Source: Biomphalaria glabrata
Lineage: Eukaryota
DNA: 64,000 nt
NCBI RefSeq assembly: GCF_947242115.1
Contig: NC_074716.1
Coordinates: 24,176,637-24,240,636, forward strand
Direction: 5' to 3'
The notes under the pieces are model-generated. The model saw nothing but the letters and a program-made list of their open reading frames with translations, searched no databases and had not been told where the DNA came from. Shown piece by piece: positions 23,690-37,891 of this stretch. How positions within the stretch are numbered: position 1 is the stretch's first letter; each line of letters opens with the position of its first letter. The translations under genes and the position numbers were made by a program.

Positions 23690-24749
23690 GTGAGCATGTC
23701 TCTTTTTTCTTTTATAACTGGCCCACTTTTATTTCCTTAGCTTAACCAGCTCTTTAACATTTGGTGTGTATTCTTACATCAGCTGCTAATTATAACAGCA
23801 CATTTTTAAAAAAAAATATCCGGTAGTAGAAATAATTTTAATCAACAAAAGAAATCAAATAATTTTGTTTTAAGGATTTTTAAAAATTGGATTGATTTTT
23901 AAATTTTGGGTTTATGTGTGGGTTTTTTTTCTGTGTGGAACATTTAAATTTTTGTCATTTCCCCCCTTTAAATGTGTGATTGATACATTGGAGAGAGAGT
24001 AATGCTTGTGTTGTAGCTGTGTTCATTCTTAAAGACCAACAGATGAGATTTAAAAAAAATATTACTATTAATTATTGATTCAAATTTTGACATCTAACAA
24101 ATTAGCAAATGGAGATTATATTACTAAAATGCATCCTAAGGTGATAATATATACATGGATAAAAGAAGAACAAACCTTTTACAATTTATATCCAAAATTG
24201 TAGGAATTTCATGATGATAAAGTTTACTGCATGGGTATAATAATTATACACAATAGCTACGTGGAGATGGGAAACTGCAGTGTGGGTGACATTACTTTGA
24301 CCATAGCTAATACCTAGGTTTACATCTCATGTATGAAAAGTACCATAGGTGCTCCACAATGAAATAATAATACAAAGAATAGCTCCTTGAAAACAAATAA
24401 TCACCAGAATGCTTTTCTATTAATATTATAAGAGAAGTTCCTTAACTTTTACAAAATTTTTTAGTCACTGTAAAATATTCAGATTTTAGTCAATTTAAAA
24501 TTGTTAGATTCTTGTGCTGAAATAAGCAGGATTAGATATCACAGTTGAGTTAGTTGTTTTCATTTAAAAAGCCAATAGTAGTGATGTTAAAAAAAGAATC
24601 CCTATATATTTCTATTTTATGGAAAAATTACAGATTAGATGGTTTCTTATTCACATAGAACAAATGCAAATTACCATGTGGTTTGTGTCTGATGATATAC
24701 TGATCTAGGGTGTCTTCAAGAAAAAATATGCCAGTTTCCTTTCTTGGTC

Positions 24750-25815
24750 ACATTCCTCGCTTTAAAATAAATAAATCTCTTACTTGAGCCTAATTTTTCT
24801 AGGCTACATACTATGGGCTAATGAATTTTTGACCCAGAGAGCTCAGAGGGTTAGGGTAAACAATGTTATATCTAATGAACGCATAGTTAACACAGGGGCG
24901 CCCCAGGGGGCTGTGACATCGCCATTGTGGTTCATTTTGTACACCAATGATTTTCGATCCGATAGTTCTTGTTGCTCCTTCACAAAATTCGCTGATGATG
25001 CGGCTCTTCTTGCCCTGCTCTCAGAGAGCTCAGACGTAAATGAGTATTTCAAAGAATTAGAACACATTGAAGAATACTGTAAAGATAATTTTTTATTATT
25101 AAATGTAAAAAAAACCAAAGAAATGATAATCGATTTTCGCAGGGACAAGAAGGAAAATGATATTGTTTCTGTAGCTGGAGAGACTATTGAAATTGTGCAA
25201 ACCTTTAAATACCTTGGTACTATCCTAGACAATAAACTAAATTTTACTGCAGATACTGATTATATCAGCAAAAAAAGGGCAGCAAAGATTACGACTACTA
25301 AGAAAACTGTCCTCGTTTAATGTTAGCGAAAAGGGCTTGGCTATGTTTTATCACGCTCACATCTGCAATATTTTCAGTTTCAATATCACTGCCTGGTATG
25401 GCAATCTGAGCATTAAAAATAGGAATAAACTTAATAGAATCCTCAATGCTGCTGGCAAAATCATTGGCAAAAAACAAACCCCATTTGGGCAGTTGTTTGA
25501 GACAAACATCTATAAAAAAGCTAACAAGATCCTCGAAATAAAGAATCACCCTTTGTCTCAGGATTTTGTGATTTTACCATCACAAAAGAGATACAAGACA
25601 CCGATAGCAAAGACAAACAGACACAAACACTCTTTTGTTCCCCTGGCAATCAAATCATTAAATAAGAACAATCTGGTATAAACTTTGTCACATGTAAATT
25701 ATGAGTGAGTCTGGTGTGAATGTACACTTTGGTTTCTTATAGTTATAATGTTTTTTGTTTGGTGTAATGCACAAATTGTAAGACAAATTTCCTTACGGAT
25801 AATAAAGATTATTAA

Positions 25816-25855
<40 letters not shown>

Positions 25856-25860
25856 AGAAA
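24750..25860 (+). mobile_element. 5'-truncated non-LTR retrotransposon fragment (RT C-terminal half + 3' UTR + (ATT)16 tail) inside an ASK1 intron
   Basis: Encodes RT motifs GAPQGAVTSPLWFILYTNDF and FADDAALL. There is a frameshift between ORFs 24784-25320 and 25337-25681. Terminal (ATT)n at 25813-25857. Confidence 0.7.
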
Positions 25861-26689
25861 CAGAAGTTTCACCACTTATAACTCTGGCAATAATTACTTT
25901 GAAACACATCAAAACCTGTATCAAAATGCTAATATCTAAACAATATAAATTTTTTAAAGAGTATTTTATTGACATTTTACTGGTGAAAACAAATATGAAA
26001 ATACATAACCTGGTTACATACTAATCTCCTCTGTTGGTCTTTATGTAGTTAGGACAGTAGAATTTTTATTTTTTTATTTTTGCATTCAGTAGATATTTAA
26101 AACATTAAACTATTATCTAATGAACTAATCTTCTGTGGAATTTTACAGTGTCGCTACAGTAGTATCTAAGTACATAGAAACTAAATAAATACATTTAAAA
26201 ATATAAAAACATCTCTAAGCTAAGTTCATGTAAATAATTTGTGTGTTAAAGCACTAGTTCTTTTATGAGAAAAAAAAGGTCATTTGAATTGGGTCTGACA
26301 GCAAGAGCTCATATACCAGGTGAAGCTCATTGTGTAGGAATTGTTTCTGTGATTTCATCAGCTAATTCATTATTGACTTCTAAAAGTTTAATTGAAAACT
26401 TATTTGCCCACTGCTTAACATGAGTTAATCTGATCCTTAACTGGCTTTGACACAATGTCTCAATTGAAAACAGAATACAAATTTGTCTGTCATATGAAGA
26501 ATTTTGGTTGAACACAATTTAAACAAAAAGCTTTTCTGTCCTATTGAATGTCAGACTGGCTTGAAGTTTTGACAATTCTTTTTTTTAATCATTCTAGGGA
26601 GCCTTAGTTCAGCATTCAATACATAGACCTACATATTCGTGAATTTCATTTTCTTTTAAAGATTATTGCTTTGATAAACATAAGCGAGC

Positions 26690-26850
26690 TTCAACAAACA
26701 TTAACTGAACTTTGGCAAACATAAACTTAGCATCTACAAACATAAACTTAGCTCATTAAACATAATTTTAGCTTTGACAAACATAATTTTAGTTTTGACA
26801 AACAAAAACTTAGCAGCTTAGCTTCCACAAACAAAAACCTAGCTACCACA
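26690..26850. repeat. Degenerate about 21-bp tandem repeat (caaacataaacttagc...) x about 7
   Basis: Visible imperfect tandem units. Confidence 0.7.
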
Positions 26851-29800
26851 AAGTTATTGTTCTTATCAATTTGGTCACACAGATTTCATTTGTCAAGAGC
26901 ATGTTATAGAGTTTCTCTAGTATTTTCCTTTTTAGTTTTTCTTGAGGGTTGGTTTGTGTGATGTCACTAGTGGAGTATCAAAAAGGGACCATTGTGGCTG
27001 CTACTTTTTTTTTTTTTTTAAATAGATTTGCATTTAAGGCGATTTGTAATAGATGTACAAACTTATTTAACTTCTTTAAGAATGACATCTGTTTGAATGT
27101 AAACAAAAGGTGGACCAACTATCACAATAGATTAGTACAATAGTCAAAAATTGTGTTTTATGTGTTGATGTTGTAATATACTGTTCAATTTTGTTTGAAA
27201 AAAAAAAATTAGAGCTATGATTAATATATTTTTTGCATATTCTCTAGTTGGCCAGTTAGCTTTACATAGAGCTTAGCATATTAAAAAGAATTTCCTTTTT
27301 TTTTCTAACCAAATAAATCTTCTTTTCTAAACATTTGCCAGAAAGTTTCATTTCATTATCATTCAAAAATTGTATTTGTTCACATATTTTGGTTTATTGT
27401 AACTATGTTGACTAGACATATTTAGACTCGCTTGACATTGTGACTTTTTCAACCCAATTACCAACTCAAATATTAAAATGAGAATTCTAATTTTATTTTT
27501 CCCACTTCTCTATTTCTGTTCCTATCTAGTTGTCTACTTTCTCTAACATCCAATGGCTGCGATGATGGCTTCTACATTTGGTTTCAACGCACTCAAGCTC
27601 TAACACATTTGTTTCTTTAGTGTTTTTTTTCTCTGTTTTACTCATTCTTCACTTGTTGCTTGCAAAGTTCTTGATACTAACATTCCTAGTTATTAAGTTT
27701 TAAGAGTTCTTTGTTTTTAAGTTGTTTTTTGTTACTAAACATGAATTTTATTTGTTTTATTTTTCACAATATAATAAGATTTTAGTGGATAAAAACTTGA
27801 AGCCTAAATTTCATAACATGATACTAATCTAATGCTATATAGATATTGTGGCTCTAAAATAGTTATGAAACTAGTATTTCGATCAGTTTCTATAAAATAT
27901 TTTTTACCCTTTTGATCAGATATCAGGGTGAGACAATATAAATGTCAGACTTTTATCTGCATACTATCAAAGACAGCCCATCTTATAGCATGTTTGGCTT
28001 AAAAGTGCGCATGGTTTAATATCCATATAGCATCTTGACTGAAAATTCTAGCAGTCCAATGTGTGAGCAAGATAATAGCTTTAATTAACTGCCATGTTCA
28101 CATTTATAGACCATTTACTAAACTGTCTCAACATTTGTTTATTTTGTATCATCCGCTACACATTATTTCAGTCTTACACCTGCTTCCAGTAGTGCGGATC
28201 TCAATTCAATGGATGATCATCCAAGGTATGCCTATTGGAAAACATTACTAAAAGTCTTTTTCACTGAGTTTCATATTTCCTTTTCTTTCTGCTTGCTTTT
28301 ATTTTCCATGTTTAACTATTCTTATGTATACTATTAATATTGATTATTACTATTGGTTAGACATAGAATATATAGATATTAACATCTAGTCCTAAATGTC
28401 TGTGTTGGTGGTATTTTTTTGGGGGTGACTCTTACTAATGCCTAGTTTAAAAATTAACTCTTTTATGGGAGTTTTTTCCTTGCCTGAATTCATTTACCAC
28501 ATAGAAGTTAACATTTACTTGATGTTGCAGTACTCTATTTATAGATGGAAATATTGTTGAGGTTAAGTATAGGTAATAGCAATATGTATTAATTCAAAAT
28601 ATTGATCATTTGTATAGGAGGAAATGTTAGGTTAAAGATTATAATTTGTTATATGAAATGTTGTGTTAAAGATTATATTTGTTTAAGATGGAATGTAAGC
28701 TAAAGATGAATTTATTGTAATTTAGTGGCTAGAGAAATCTGATAGTAATGCCTTCATGTCTGAATCAAACTTTAAAACATTGCTTGAGGAGATGGTGGGT
28801 TGATATGTACTTGTTATTGAAGGGTATTGTGTTGGTTTCAATAAGACCCCCCCCCCCCCCCAATGAAAGTAAAAATAAGTGTATTGAATACGTCCAACTT
28901 TCACATGACCTCTAAAAAGTAAAGATGACCTTTTTTTATCTTTAACTTTGTTAACTCTTGGTTGCTATGGTAATCTAGCTTGATGGGTAGCTAGCTCAGG
29001 TACCAAGTAAACTTTCTTATTCCTGCGAACTCCCATGGAAGCATAGAGTCCCACCTAACCTTAAATTGAATTGCATAAATAAAAGCCTTTGGCTACTTTT
29101 CAGAAACACTGTTTTTACTATTTCTCTATTCTAAAACTTGAATAAAGTTTTAGTCCAGCCCATTTAAAAAGGAGGATTGGGGTCTCTTGTTTTTCTGATT
29201 GGACACTTTTTATCATGGTTTAAATTCTTGTTCTGAATGATCAAACTGAAATAGTTCATGATCTATTTAAATGACAAATTCATTGTGATCTACAGTAACA
29301 GTCCAATTTATGGCTTGCAGTTTGAAATCTTTCAAGTCCCTATGTGATGTGATATTTTATTTGTATCTCATGTCCTAACTGAGTTATTTCTCCACATGAC
29401 ATGTTTGTCTAGAACTGCTTCATATTTGTACACCTCCTCCTTGTCCTGGACTTTCTTTTTTACCACTTACAGTGAATTATTTTATTCTAATTCATTTCAA
29501 TATGTTGACCTTTTTTTCTTTTTCTTTTTTTTTTTCTTAGCATGTTAATGTCTTAATAATTTTCGTGTTTCATTTTAAATTTTGATTTAAAGAATTTAAC
29601 TTTGCAAGCTCATGTTCCACCACATTCTCTTTGAAGCCATATAGGCAAAGAGCTAGCTACTCCTAATCCATGGGTTGGATAGCATGACTCTTGTGGTCCT
29701 ATACAGAACTTTTGTACAAAAAAGGGATTACATGTTGCTTTCATGCACTATGGTTCCTAAGAATAGGTTGGAAGCCCCTGTTTTGTACTATCTCATTTAT

Positions 29801-30737
29801 TCATCCCAACCTTGTTATAATTAAAGTGCAGAGAGAGAGGCTTGTGTCACATTATACTCTTGAGCTTTCCACAATTCAATGAGCAGTCGTTGTGAAATAG
29901 TTGACTAAATTTAACACATTCTCTCATATTAATCACCTGAATCTTTGTCAGTGAAAATTGTATAATGCAGGTCAGTTCTGCAAAATGTGTAACAATTACA
30001 TGTGTTTTGAAATGGGGGTTGGTAGCTTGGCTTGATTAAATTGACCTGGTTGCTTGCTTTTACTACTGGAGCCTACACTCAGATCTCTCCCTTGTTTAAC
30101 ACCTCTGTTATGTGTTTCATTATTGTCTCATTCAAGTTTCTTTTTATGATTGTCCTGTAACACTCATGATTCCATTTCTGAATGCAAACTTAGTCTTGAT
30201 TTCTCCTTCACTAAAGCAAGGTTATCTATATTTTTACACATTGACACAATGGTCCTCAAAACACTTTGGAAGTTAGCAAATCTACTTTCTATTGACAAGC
30301 CAAGTGACATTGGGTTCTTTGGGTGATTCAGAATGTGAAATGTCTTAAGGGGGATTCTTCAATGAATTGTTTCATAGAAATTATGTTTTAAATTGTTTTT
30401 GTGCTGAATTTATTAATAATGAGGTTGAAGTACTTTATGAATTTCTGATTTAAAAAAAAAAGTAAAGTAGCCTAAGTTTTGACAGGTAGACAATGTTTCA
30501 AGAAAATACTTATAATCTGGGAATTTTGTTGCTGACTTTTGTAAAAAAAAATTTTGTGGGCCATGGTTATAAAATAGTATGATTGTGAAGCTAGTAGTCT
30601 TTTGTGTTCTATCTGTGTGAATTGTTTCTGCTTGCTTTTTTTTCCCTCTCTTTCTTTCTCTCTCTCTCTCTTTTATGTTTTAATTGTGTTCTTGTTCTGT
30701 TCTTTTTTTTTTGTCTGCCCACTATTCCTCTTGTCAG

Positions 30738-30794
30738 GGAAGACTTCAGACAGAGAAGTCTTTCCGACAGCCATACAAGGCTACCTCGGAGAAG
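30738..30794 (+). CDS. MAP3K5: ASK1 exon (Ser/Arg-rich linker)
   Basis: Acceptor ctcttgtcag|, donor |gtgaga. Encodes EDFRQRSLSDSHTRLPRR. The frame is open and the phase links 22513 to 36132. Confidence 0.6.
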
Positions 30795-32637
30795 GTGAGA
30801 TTTGTTTTCACTGTTCATGTCACAGTAACCATTCTACCCACCAACCCTTGCCAATACTGTATCATATCTATCCAAGAGGCTCAGTGTTTGCTACAGAATA
30901 TATGTTTCTAGAAATGAGTATCATAGTTGCACAGACAGAGGCCACCTTCATATTTTTATTCACATAACTTCTTTATTAGATAAAACAAATTGTTAAATTA
31001 AAAAAAAAAAGTCACCAGTTTTAAACTCAAACATTAATTTTTTTTACTTGTGTCGTAGTTTTTATTATTTAAAAAATTGTAACCATTAAAAATTTACAAT
31101 AAATTTTTATAACAAAATTCCATAGCTTTAAAAAATGTATGTTTCTTACACGCTACACAATAAAATTCTTCTCTCATTATACATTATCTGTTATGCTTTC
31201 GTAAAATTATTTTTGTACAAATGTCTTAATGAAATGAAAGTTTGCAAGCTAGATGGTTTACCTTTTTATTTGTAAAGTTCTGATTGATAGAGCAAGAAGA
31301 AATTGGGGGAGGAGTGGTGAGGCCTATCTTACCTATTGGAATCAGTATTTTAGAATGAGCTAAGTGTGTTGAAGTGTGGACATTAGAATTCAACATTTCT
31401 CTTAAATTCTGTACACCTAGGAAAGTGAAGGAAAACAAGGTTCTCATTGTTCATTGTATAATGATTACATGTTTTTTTTTTTAAATATTGTAGAATGTAA
31501 CTGGTCTTTAGAATGGGAAGTACATTGCTGTCTTAAGTTGATAGAATAATAGATGGTTAGTTTGAGTTGCTAATGCATTTAAGGTGACTATTTAATTTTT
31601 AGTTTAACATGTTGCTGTTACACAGAAGGTTTCCAAAATGATAGAGTAGACTACCCTCTGACACTGGTTTGCCTTAGCTTCCGACCTGTCAGTTTATCAA
31701 TGGGATCTCCAGGGGTTATTGTATTTAGATTTGTTGAAGACAAGTTGCAATGACATTAATGTTGTCACACATCTTAGATTGGAGGTTACAAGGTCACATT
31801 AGCATACTGCAGTGTTTCACATGTGTACCTTTCTTTTCATGTTCTTCCCTCTTCATGCCTAAAGCAGAGCTGCTGCTTTGTCTTGTCTTGTTGTTGTTGT
31901 AATCTAAACTTGATATACTGGACTTGGCTTTTCTGTATCCAGGCTTATGGTAAATTACATTTCAGTAACTGTTTTGATATTAACTAAAAACTGAATTCTA
32001 GTTGGTTAGATTTAGTGGTTGTAATGCAGTGGTGCTAGTCTGAACACAAGTTGTGTAAACTGGATTGTTGATCTTTAATATTAGGGAACTCTAAATTCTG
32101 TGTTATTTATATTGTCCTTTGAAGGAATTAATGACCAAGATAGCGTTCCAAAGAAATGTTATTGTATTAGTCAGTCCTTGAAAATTTGTATGGTATATTA
32201 TGACTTATTATTTTAAGTTTAATTTTTTAGGAATTTTTTTTTTTCGGAGACCCAAGCTAAAAAGAGATTTAATTTTACTTACAGCATAATTATTCCTAAA
32301 CATATTTCAAGTATATGTTATCTACATAGCATATAATCTACATAGAAAATTCATTAATTATAAATATTTTAAAGTAGTTATTTATTGGTCCTTGTATTAT
32401 ATTGTTTGAATTTCAATATTAGTTTAGCTTGCTTATAGTTATCCTTTTATTTGAACACTATAATTAAATGTAGGTAGTTTGCCAGTCTGTTAATGGATTA
32501 GCTGCTAATTTTGTGTTGTATTTATAAAATTGACTTTTAAATCTCTATGCATTTTACATTGGCTCAATTTCATATATACCAGAAATAAGTTAATGTCTTG
32601 CATAAACTTTTCATGGACTTGCATTGATCAAAAGACT

Positions 32638-33130
32638 CTTCACCATTCCCTCTGGTCTCTTCCCTCAGCTCCCAACCCACCACCATTCCCTCTGGTCTCT
32701 TCCCTCAGCTCCCAACCCACCACCATTCCCTCTGGTCTCTTCCCTCAGCTCCCAACCCACCACCATTCCCTCTGGTCTCTTCCCTCAGCTCCCAACCCAC
32801 CACCATTCCCTCTGGTCTCTTCCCTCAGCTCCCAACCCACCACCATTCCCTCTGGTCTCTTCCCTCAGCTCCCAACCCACCACCATTCCCTCTGGTCTCT
32901 TCCCTCAGCTCCCAACCCACCACCATTCCCTCTGGTCTCTTCCCTCAGCTCCCAACCCACCACCATTCCCTCTGGTCTCTTCCCTCAGCTCCCAACCCAC
33001 CACCATTCCCTCTGGTCTCTTCCCTCAGCTCCCAACCCACCACCATTCCCTCTGGTCTCTTCCCTCAGCTCCCAACCCACCACCATTCCCTCTGGTCTCT
33101 TCCCTCAGCTCCCAACCCATCACCATTCAC
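32638..33130. repeat. 40-bp minisatellite x about 12 (caccattccctctggtctcttccctcagctcccaacccac)
   Basis: Near-perfect tandem copies. It generates the stop-free 220-aa and 173-aa ORF artefacts with 40-aa protein periodicity (3 DNA units). Confidence 0.95.
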
Positions 33131-34308
33131 TCTGTCTCGGCATGATGTTTGTTTTTAATCAAAGTTATGAATGTCTACAAATTGATACATGAACCTACAT
33201 TTTGTATGCCCATTCTTAGCAACTTGTAAACTTCATTTCATTCTAAACTGGGCTGACAGACAGCATGCATTTGTTTTGATTTTAGTTTTGAATCAATTTA
33301 TTATCAATTAAAAATACTTAAAAATCTGCTATGTTGGAAAGCTGTTTCAAAATTCTCTTATCAGTTGACTATTTCTTTGAAATAATAACCTTATGTGCTG
33401 ATATTCCCTTGCTGAAAAGGATGTTATATCAATTTTTTTGAAAGCGAATGTTCACTCAATAAAGCTTTGCTTTAGATTCTCAGATTTACTGATTGTGATT
33501 TCTTTTAAAATTTGCATAAAAATACATTGTCAAATAATTTCTACTTGTTACACTTTGTTTTGTTAAATCACTATAAAGTACAGCCATTCCACATCATCTG
33601 TTGATAAAAACACTTTTAACAAAATCGTTTTTTTTTTTTTACATTTTACATTCTGATTAAAAATGAAATCTATGGCCATATAAGTTGACTTTCCCGATAA
33701 GCCTGATCATGAACTGTGTATTGCATATACAAACGTATCCATTATTACTATGTCCACTAATCACATGTTCTGGTGTAGGGGATGATTAAACATCTCTTGA
33801 TTTGTAATCTATTTTACTCTTCTCAATTGATATAAACTTTTTCAAGGTCATTTAAATGCTTACATCTTTAAATAAAAAAAAAGACAAAGATGATGACATT
33901 ATTTTTTGTTTCACTCATAAATTTCAGATTTTATTTGACCTCACCCCAACAGCAAACTCAGAGTTTCAGGTACCATCAATGTAGACCAGATTTTTATCTC
34001 CCTTTAATTTCCTTTTTTCTCACATTGATGGGCCATCTTTGACCTTTGACACCTACTATTAATATATATAATATATCTATATAACTGTTTGGCTTGGACA
34101 CTAAAGCTGCATAGAATTTTACTGTTTGCATAAAATGTGTGTGTTTTTAAAAAAAAAAATTTTAATTAAATGCCAGCCTAGGCATGACTGTAACTATTTC
34201 CAATCTATAATTTAAAGCCTGCCAACTCTTCTCTTAGAAAAGCTTTGTTTTTCATGACTAACTGTAAACTCTCATTATTGTAAAAAATAGCCCACTGAGA
34301 TGTATAAA

Positions 34309-34312
<4 letters not shown>

Positions 34313-34356
<44 letters not shown>
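34313..34356. repeat. (AT)n microsatellite
   Basis: About 22 AT dinucleotides. Confidence 0.95.
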
Positions 34357-34361
<5 letters not shown>

Positions 34362-36131
34362 CAAAACTTATTATAAAATTATAAATGGCTTCCCTTAATA
34401 GATTTTAAAAATTTAGTCATTTAGCATGTCTCTATATATAATTCATGCCAATTAAACCTAGCCTGACTTTATTTTTTTTTGCTTATTGTTTTTGTGTGTA
34501 TAGATCTATGTAGATATGTATATGTCATGAGGTGCATTCCTTTATCATTTCGTTTTACTATGCAATTTGTATGCTGACTTTTTGGTACTGGGTTGATTCC
34601 TGATAGCATTGTCTTTGCAAATACCACATAATGCTTTATATTCTGGTCGCTTTTCTTTCTTAGAAATCAAAACTTTAGTTTTTTAAGTGCTTTATATGTT
34701 ATATGTTATATTTTTCCTCTTTTTTTTTTTCTAATTTACTTAAAGAATAACTTTTATTTCTGTTTTCTCATGATTCTATCCATGATCAAGTTTATGTCTT
34801 GTTATTTCAAACGATGGATCAAATTAGGTTAGAAAAGAACAAGAATATTAAGTTAAATTTTCTCAATCCTTTGATGATGATTTAATCTTGACATTTATTG
34901 TAGACATAAAATAAAAAACAATTCAGAAATTATGAATTCAGATATGGGAGGCTTCAAAGTAGGAGTCATTTTTGTTGGTCATTATGGGTAGTGACTATCC
35001 TGCCACACATTTCATTGGGCTTATTTTATAAGTGTGTCTTTTGTGACCTTTGAACTACTTGGAGATAATGCTTGGTTTGGTTTAGTTCTCCCCCCATCCC
35101 CCGCTTCCCCCCCCCCCCCCCCCCCCCCAAGCATGCCATCCGCTACCAAGATACCTTTCATTTTGAAATGATGCTCAAAATAAAAATAAGCTGATCAAGA
35201 ATTAGGAAATGATCAAAAGGTTATAGCATTTTTTTATGTCCAGCAACTGAGACCACGAGTTCACAAATTGTTTCTGCTTCAATCCTACCCACCTTTTTTT
35301 TTTACCCAATAATATTCACTATGCAAAAATTTTGTCCTTGATATGAACACACAGCTGTTATCAAAGAACCCTGGGGCCTCCACAACAGTAAGGACTCTTA
35401 AGAAACTTCTGTTGCTTGGCAGATATCTGTCATCTAGCCTTAAAAGATTTTCTTAGTCCACAGCATAAGTCCACTCAGATCTCTGTCCCTTTACATGACA
35501 AACATCTATAATCTGCCCTCCTTAGAACATTGGGCCCCAAGACCTTAACAGAAAACATGTTTTTAAAAAAAATATTTAAAAAATCAAAGCATGATAATTT
35601 TTTGTAGAACGCTTAAGTAATACACATATCTAGTAGTCATATTAAGCATGTAAAATGTAGCCATGTTTGGAAATATAACCAGGACTTGTGTGTGTATTTT
35701 TAGAAGTAGATCTGTATGTACATTTAACACCAAATCTTGATATTATCTTATTACGTCAATATATACACACTATCTCTACTCAACATTATAGTGACTTATT
35801 TTCTTTGCTTTTAACTGACTTTTGAAAATATTTGTATCAATACAAAATTACTCTATTCATTGGTCCTTTTTTTTGTATTCTGTGTTGTACTAAATTAATC
35901 AATCAATGCTATATATAACTTCTTGGAATCCTGTATCATAACTTTGACTTGTTTATATTAAGAGAGCTTATCCAACTGTGTAAAATTGTTAATGGTTATT
36001 TTTTCAAATGGTATTATCCATGAGCTGTTTATTTTAATGTTGCTTACAATCTGATGTGAAATTTCTGAGAGAAAATGTTTTAATGTTACTTATTTCAAAA
36101 TATTTTTGTTTTGTTTGTCTGTTCTTTACAG

Positions 36132-36300
36132 CTCTGAGTCAAACATGTCTACAGACACAAGCCCTGTTCAGACGTACTTGTTATCTCCTGACATTGAATC
36201 TCATGAGTCATACAATCGAGAAGGAGGATTTTATCTTCTGCGCAAGGATTCAGAAAGAAGGCAGACACTAGGACGAATACTAGAGCAGGATCATGTTAAG
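36132..36300 (+). CDS. MAP3K5: ASK1 exon (conserved KDSERR region)
   Basis: Acceptor ttctttacag|, donor |gtgtga. Encodes SESNMSTDTSPVQTYLLSPDIESHESYNREGGFYLLRKDSERRQTLGRILEQDHVK, aligning with human GFFMLRKDSERRATLHRILTEDQDKIV. Confidence 0.9.
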
Positions 36301-37275
36301 GTGTGAGATTGCTAGATATATTAGTTGTTTTTGAAAAGTAGTTTGTTCTAGTTTCCAATGGTTGAACTGCTGTCTTTTGAGGGTTTAAAAACTCATCACC
36401 TGAGACAAGAATATTAGGTTGTAACTTTGTATTTGTTAAAAATTAGTTGCTTCACACATATTGGTTTTTGCTAATCCTCTTTTTCCCTTCTTATGTAGGA
36501 CCACCCCTCCCTTTAGCATACTAGAGGGTCTGGTTGTTTGCTGTAAGGTGCCTCAATGCCAGGCAACTTCCTGCATTCTGCTAGTGTCTCCACTGCTCAC
36601 TTGTATTCTAGTCAAAAGAGAGTAGGTTTAAGTCAAAGAAAGGGGGAAGGAAAGGCTGGTGAGAGACATAGGGGCTTCATTGTATTCAGCATTATGTGTT
36701 GTGATTAACAGGGTTTAGTCTTGTGAACTCAATTATGTGACTGCTTGAGAGAAAGTCAACAATTGTGAGACAGAACAGATTGAATGGATTTAATTGCATT
36801 GGTAAAAACAATATTTTCAGTTGATTTTTGTTACAGATGCCTTTCTTCAATTCCGTTTAAAAGGTCATACTTTGAAAATATATATTTTAATAATTTAATT
36901 TTTAAACTTAGGGAAGTAATGTTCAATGTAAATGGAATTTTTAGTCCCTTCAAATGACCCCCTTATCAGCACCCAAGCCCTACAGGTTGAGAAATACTCA
37001 TCAATTTCAAAATGGTTCTAATTGTTTGTCTTTACTTATGGGATAAATAAAAAGAGTAGTTTCATATTTGTGTAGTGTTTTATGTAAACAACTTTTCTTT
37101 TTGTTTTGAAATATTTCGAAAAGTAGTGGCTTGTCTGTTAAAATTTATATTCAAAATTTGACCACCTAAATCTTGTTAAAAATAGATGCTGTAACTACTT
37201 TTGCTGTTCTAAACATGAATTCTTTTATTTTTAAACAATGTTTAAATTTCCAATTTTTTTAAAATTTGTCAACAG

Positions 37276-37341
37276 ATTTGTGCTAACTGGTACACTATGC
37301 TACATAAAGATACTACTATATCAAGACCAAAGCTTTCATTG
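37276..37341 (+). CDS. MAP3K5: ASK1 exon
   Basis: Acceptor ttgtcaacag|, donor |gtaagt. Encodes ICANWYTMLHKDTTISRPKLSL, aligning with human ..AEEPKLKW. Confidence 0.75.
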
Positions 37342-37449
37342 GTAAGTACAAAATTGTGCTCATTCAATGTCATGTCATTTACATAGGTTTAAGGAAATAT
37401 TGCAGAGTCTTGTTAAGTTTCACAATGTTTTTTCAATGTTAATTTTCAG

Positions 37450-37540
37450 GATCATTTGATGTATATTTTGATGGGTATAAAAGAATTCATACTAGAGCAA
37501 TCTAAAACATCTATTAAAGAAGCAATTGATAAATTATTAG
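37450..37540 (+). CDS. MAP3K5: ASK1 exon
   Basis: Acceptor attttcag|, donor |gtaattt. Encodes DHLMYILMGIKEFILEQSKTSIKEAIDKLL, aligning with human EHITTLIASLREFVRSTDRKIIATTLSKLK. Confidence 0.8.
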
Positions 37541-37808
37541 GTAATTTTTTTTCTTTTCATCTTACTGGTTAAGTAACTATTAGAACATAAAGATATTATG
37601 AGTAAAAAAAAGGGTGTCATGTGTCCATGTTTATTAAACATTCTTTTTAAGTTTAAAATTAGAACCTGACATTGTATTTGTTGATAAAACTGAACCAGTG
37701 AACCGTAAATTAACAACTTCATTTCTTTGAAAGTTTTATTTTATATCTCATGCTAATTAATTTATAAACACTAAAGTGAAAAACATTGACTGTGGTTTCC
37801 TCCTGTAG

Positions 37809-37891
37809 ATACACTGAAGAAAGAAGAGCTGGAGTTAGATGCACCTGTACTTATGGAAATCCAGTTAGCCCTTTATGTCTTTCAAGATGCT
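37809..37891 (+). CDS. MAP3K5: ASK1 exon
   Basis: Acceptor ctcctgtag|, donor |gtaagt. Encodes (D)TLKKEELELDAPVLMEIQLALYVFQDA, aligning with human LELDFDSHGISQVQVVLFGFQDA. Confidence 0.85.

Noticed and set aside
24843-25232. 129-aa minus-strand ORF
   Set aside because: It is antisense to the RT fragment on the plus strand.
30602-30967. 121-aa, 75-aa and 64-aa plus ORFs and a 69-aa minus ORF
   Set aside because: They arise from the CT/TC-rich low-complexity tract. Only the 57-nt AG/GT-bounded segment 30738-30794, in the ASK1 phase, is retained as an exon.
32530-33192. 220-aa and 173-aa ORFs (PSGLFPQLPTHHHSLWSLPSAPNPPPF repeats)
   Set aside because: They are produced entirely by a stop-free 40-bp minisatellite inside an ASK1 intron, with no start or splice context, and are not a protein-coding gene.
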